Below, piece after piece: positions 24,640 to 27,204 of a stretch of DNA of 27,204 bases. A program made the position numbers and the translations under genes. Position 1 is the stretch's first letter; every line of letters starts with the position of its first letter. Origin of the DNA: a virus (lineage: Duplodnaviria; Caudoviricetes); IMG/VR virus record IMGVR_UViG_3300026321_000017, positions 1-27,204 of that record; one strand, 5' to 3'. The notes under the pieces were generated by a model that had not been told where the DNA came from, ran no database searches, and saw only the letters and a program-made list of their open reading frames with translations.

Positions 24640-25964
24640 ACTCCAACTCCTGCCATGTCTACAAAGGTCATTGCCAGTGCATCTGCCTCATCTGGAGAGT
24701 TAGCCATCTTCTGCTTGCTCTCAAGAATTAAACTCCTGTCAGAACGGATTTCATAACGCCTGCTAACCAGTTGTCCAATTAAAGTGTCCTCATTGGGAAT
24801 CTGTGCATTTCCCCCCAACCAGTCCTTCATTGCAAACCAAGCCTCTGTGGTCTGGTTGCCGAATTGCTCTGCCCTACTAGCCTTTGCCCCTGCTCTAAAG
24901 GGGACTATGTTCTTATGCCCTATTGTTTCCCTCAATCGGTCTGTCACACCACCACCAAGTCCTGTGTCATCAATCACCACTGTGTCCACGTTGTTGTCTG
25001 TTGCGTACCTTCCAATCCATCCTGCTATCGTCATCAAGTCCCTGCCCTGAGTCTGCCACACCATCTCTGCCAAATCGCCTTGCCTCTTAACGACCACCGT
25101 CTTGTCTTTTCCGAATCTTGCTATGTCACACCCTAAGATAATCTCTCCCTGCGGCTCTGAGAGCCTTTGGGTGGCTTCTCTGACAGTAGACAGGTTAATC
25201 ACAGTGTCATCCAACTCCTCAACAAACTCAGCCAGTACACTTCCCCTAAACAGTGGGGAGTCTTCACCCCATTCCACCTTCCTTTCCTCAACATCGTCCA
25301 TGGTCATCATCCCTGCCACTATCACCTCATTCTCAATGACGTTGGGGGTGTCATATGCTGATATATTAATAGACTTCCAGACATCCCTTCTTCCATGGTG
25401 GCTATCGTAGAATTCTCCAGATGAAACAAAAGCGTTCCCTGTCATCAGGATACATTTCGGGTTGAGCCTTCTAAGGGCATTAATTTCTTCCCTTGATACA
25501 GCATGTGCCTCTGTAACAATGCAAAGCAAATTAGGACTGTGGAAGCCCTGCATGTGGAACTCATCACCTGATGAGAACCCCAAGGCATAGTGCTGTTCAT
25601 CAAGGTAGTATCTTGGAGTCTGGAACATCCTGCCCTTAAACGGAACTCTGGAGTTCCTGTAAGCATGTCTGACCTCATTCCAGACGATTTCATGGACTTG
25701 CCTATATGTTGGCCCAGTGACAATGACCTTAGACGGATATGCCATACACATCCACCACAACAGTGTCCTTGCGGCAGTCCAGTCTTTGCCAGAGCCGTTG
25801 CATCCAACAACAGACACCCTGCGGTTGTTTTTCACAGCTTCCATGATTTCCAGTTGCTTGTCATAGGGTGTTGCCCCTAAGACATTCTCCATGAAGAATC
25901 TAGGATTCTGTAAATTCTGGAAGACTACCTCTTGGGGGGATTTCTTCTTCTGGGAAATAACCAT
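24633..25964 (-). CDS. terL: terminase large subunit
   Basis: Walker A GCNGSGKD, VTEA Walker B-like motif, nuclease GCDIARFGKD, IDDTGLGGGV and SPDEADALA. Confidence 0.92.
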   Translation of the reverse strand: MVISQKKKSPQEVVFQNLQNPRFFMENVLGATPYDKQLEIMEAVKNNRRVSVVGCNGSGKDWTAARTLLWWMCMAYPSKVIVTGPTYRQVHEIVWNEVRHAYRNSRVPFKGRMFQTPRYYLDEQHYALGFSSGDEFHMQGFHSPNLLCIVTEAHAVSREEINALRRLNPKCILMTGNAFVSSGEFYDSHHGRRDVWKSINISAYDTPNVIENEVIVAGMMTMDDVEERKVEWGEDSPLFRGSVLAEFVEELDDTVINLSTVREATQRLSEPQGEIILGCDIARFGKDKTVVVKRQGDLAEMVWQTQGRDLMTIAGWIGRYATDNNVDTVVIDDTGLGGGVTDRLRETIGHKNIVPFRAGAKASRAEQFGNQTTEAWFAMKDWLGGNAQIPNEDTLIGQLVSRRYEIRSDRSLILESKQKMANSPDEADALAMTFVDMAGVGVW

Positions 25965-26367
25965 TTACTTCTGCCATCTTTGCTAGTTCATCAATGCTGA
26001 TTTTTAGTGGGCCACCATCAGCCCCTGTTACTTGTGTTGGGGCATCCAGACCTGCAATGGCTCTTTGCCCTCCCAATACCGATAAACACATCTCTGTTGA
26101 CCTGTAGTCCCCTGCCATTGCCTGATGCCAGTGAGCCTGTAAGAGTTTCTCATACCTTGCCATGGTCATTGCCCTGAGATGGTCTGCTTGCTTGGATGTT
26201 GCGTCTGCCATTTCACCAAGGACTTTCTTGATGTCATGGTGGACTTGGACATGGCTTATTCCTTGGACGTTAGCAATATCTCTGGTGGTACTGCCTGCCA
26301 GTTTCATTTCCAGTGCTTGATGTCTTCTCAACTGGATTTTTATGGTTTTCTCATTCTTCTTTGCCAT
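25900..26367 (-). CDS. terS: terminase small subunit
   Basis: N-terminal HTH-like region, GLDAP..VTGADGGPL motif, directly upstream of terL. Confidence 0.75.
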   Translation of the reverse strand: MAKKNEKTIKIQLRRHQALEMKLAGSTTRDIANVQGISHVQVHHDIKKVLGEMADATSKQADHLRAMTMARYEKLLQAHWHQAMAGDYRSTEMCLSVLGGQRAIAGLDAPTQVTGADGGPLKISIDELAKMAEVNGYFPEEEIPPRGSLPEFTES

Positions 26368-26423
26368 GTTAAGTTGCTGTAATGCTAAGTATATATTATT
26401 TCTATTTTCTATTACTTAATATA

Positions 26424-26472
26424 TATAACATAACACCCCCCCTCTGTAAGAGGGGGGGCGTTATGTCTTAAT
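26424..26472. repeat. long inverted repeat, copy 2
   Basis: TATAACATAACACCCCCCCTCT-gta-AGAGGGGGGGCGTTATGTCTTAAT. Confidence 0.8.
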
Positions 26473-26496
26473 AAGTATTAAACTAGTTTAGAACTA

Positions 26497-27204
26497 TTAA
26501 CTGTTATGCCATAATGAACCTCTGTTATATGCTAGGTTACTTAACTGGGAGCAGATTGATTTCCAGTCTCCTTCAACTGCTCTAAACTCACTCAAAACCT
26601 CATCACTAGAACCATGCCTTATTGCGATAACAGAATCACGTACTTCCAGTTTTAATGAAGCCGCTCCCCTTTCTTTTGGCACTGGGATTGGCAAGAAATT
26701 GTCATCTAATAGCGGTGTTTCTGGAATCTCCTTTGGTTGTGTGAGGGTAAAAGTAGATTCTGCATAAATTAATCCATACATTTTGCCTTCTAAAGTATGT
26801 TTCTTTTCAAGTAGCCTTCTTTCTGTAGCAGGCCACCATGGAGCGTTTTTTTCGGCTTCTGTTTCCAACTCTATTTTTACTTTGGTAAGTTCTTTTTGTA
26901 TTTTCTCATGAGCCACCGTCATTGCCTCTTCAAAGGTGGGTGTTTTGGGGGTTTCTGGCTCTGGGGGCATTTCCCCCAGAGAACCGTCTAGATTGCGGTG
27001 TGGGACTTCAAAGGTAGTGCTTTCATGGCATGCACTGCACATGTTCTCAATGTTCTCATCCTCATCTGCACCACAGCAGATAGAAAGCCTTTCTTCCTCT
27101 TCTGGTTGCTCCACTACTTGCTTGCTCTCTATGACTGTCAGGGTAAAGGCTTCCTTTTTCAATTCCCCTGTAATGAACCAAGCAATTACTGTGCTGTAGG
27201 TAGG
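26497..27204 (-). CDS. hypothetical protein with CC...CxxC motif; open to the right end (likely 252 aa together with 1..51)
   Basis: The 14 codons upstream of the track start (PTYSTVIAWFITGE) contain no stop. Confidence 0.65.
   Translation of the reverse strand, partial: PTYSTVIAWFITGELKKEAFTLTVIESKQVVEQPEEEERLSICCGADEDENIENMCSACHESTTFEVPHRNLDGSLGEMPPEPETPKTPTFEEAMTVAHEKIQKELTKVKIELETEAEKNAPWWPATERRLLEKKHTLEGKMYGLIYAESTFTLTQPKEIPETPLLDDNFLPIPVPKERGAASLKLEVRDSVIAIRHGSSDEVLSEFRAVEGDWKSICSQLSNLAYNRGSLWHNS

Noticed and set aside
2747-27199. All plus-strand ORFs in the track (e.g. 12935..13540, 13595..14185)
   Set aside because: They are antisense shadows of well-supported minus-strand genes and show no recognisable motifs.

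Overview
This window is an HK97-like siphovirus genome with every supportable gene on the minus strand. It is probably complete and circularly permuted: an ORF starting at 51 runs off the left end and continues in frame at 27204. The late module runs terS, terL, portal fused to a MuF-like domain, prohead protease, major capsid, head-tail proteins, two tail-tube-like genes, a frameshifted tail chaperone, tape measure, minor tail/fibre proteins, membrane proteins and a thermonuclease. The early module has an HTH protein, an AAA helicase, a PD-(D/E)XK resolvase-like nuclease and many small ORFs. Three things stand out. (1) A 303-nt ORF-less group I intron splits the major capsid gene. (2) There is an apparent regulon: five promoters share a near-palindromic TTGACATATGTAAA box, and several small genes share an AAACAAG-hairpin-AAGGAG leader. 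(3) A candidate 3'-UTR RNA (about 734-782) is antisense to both conserved halves of that leader. I recognise no integrase, DNA polymerase or endolysin. All calls come from reading the sequence; no searches were run.
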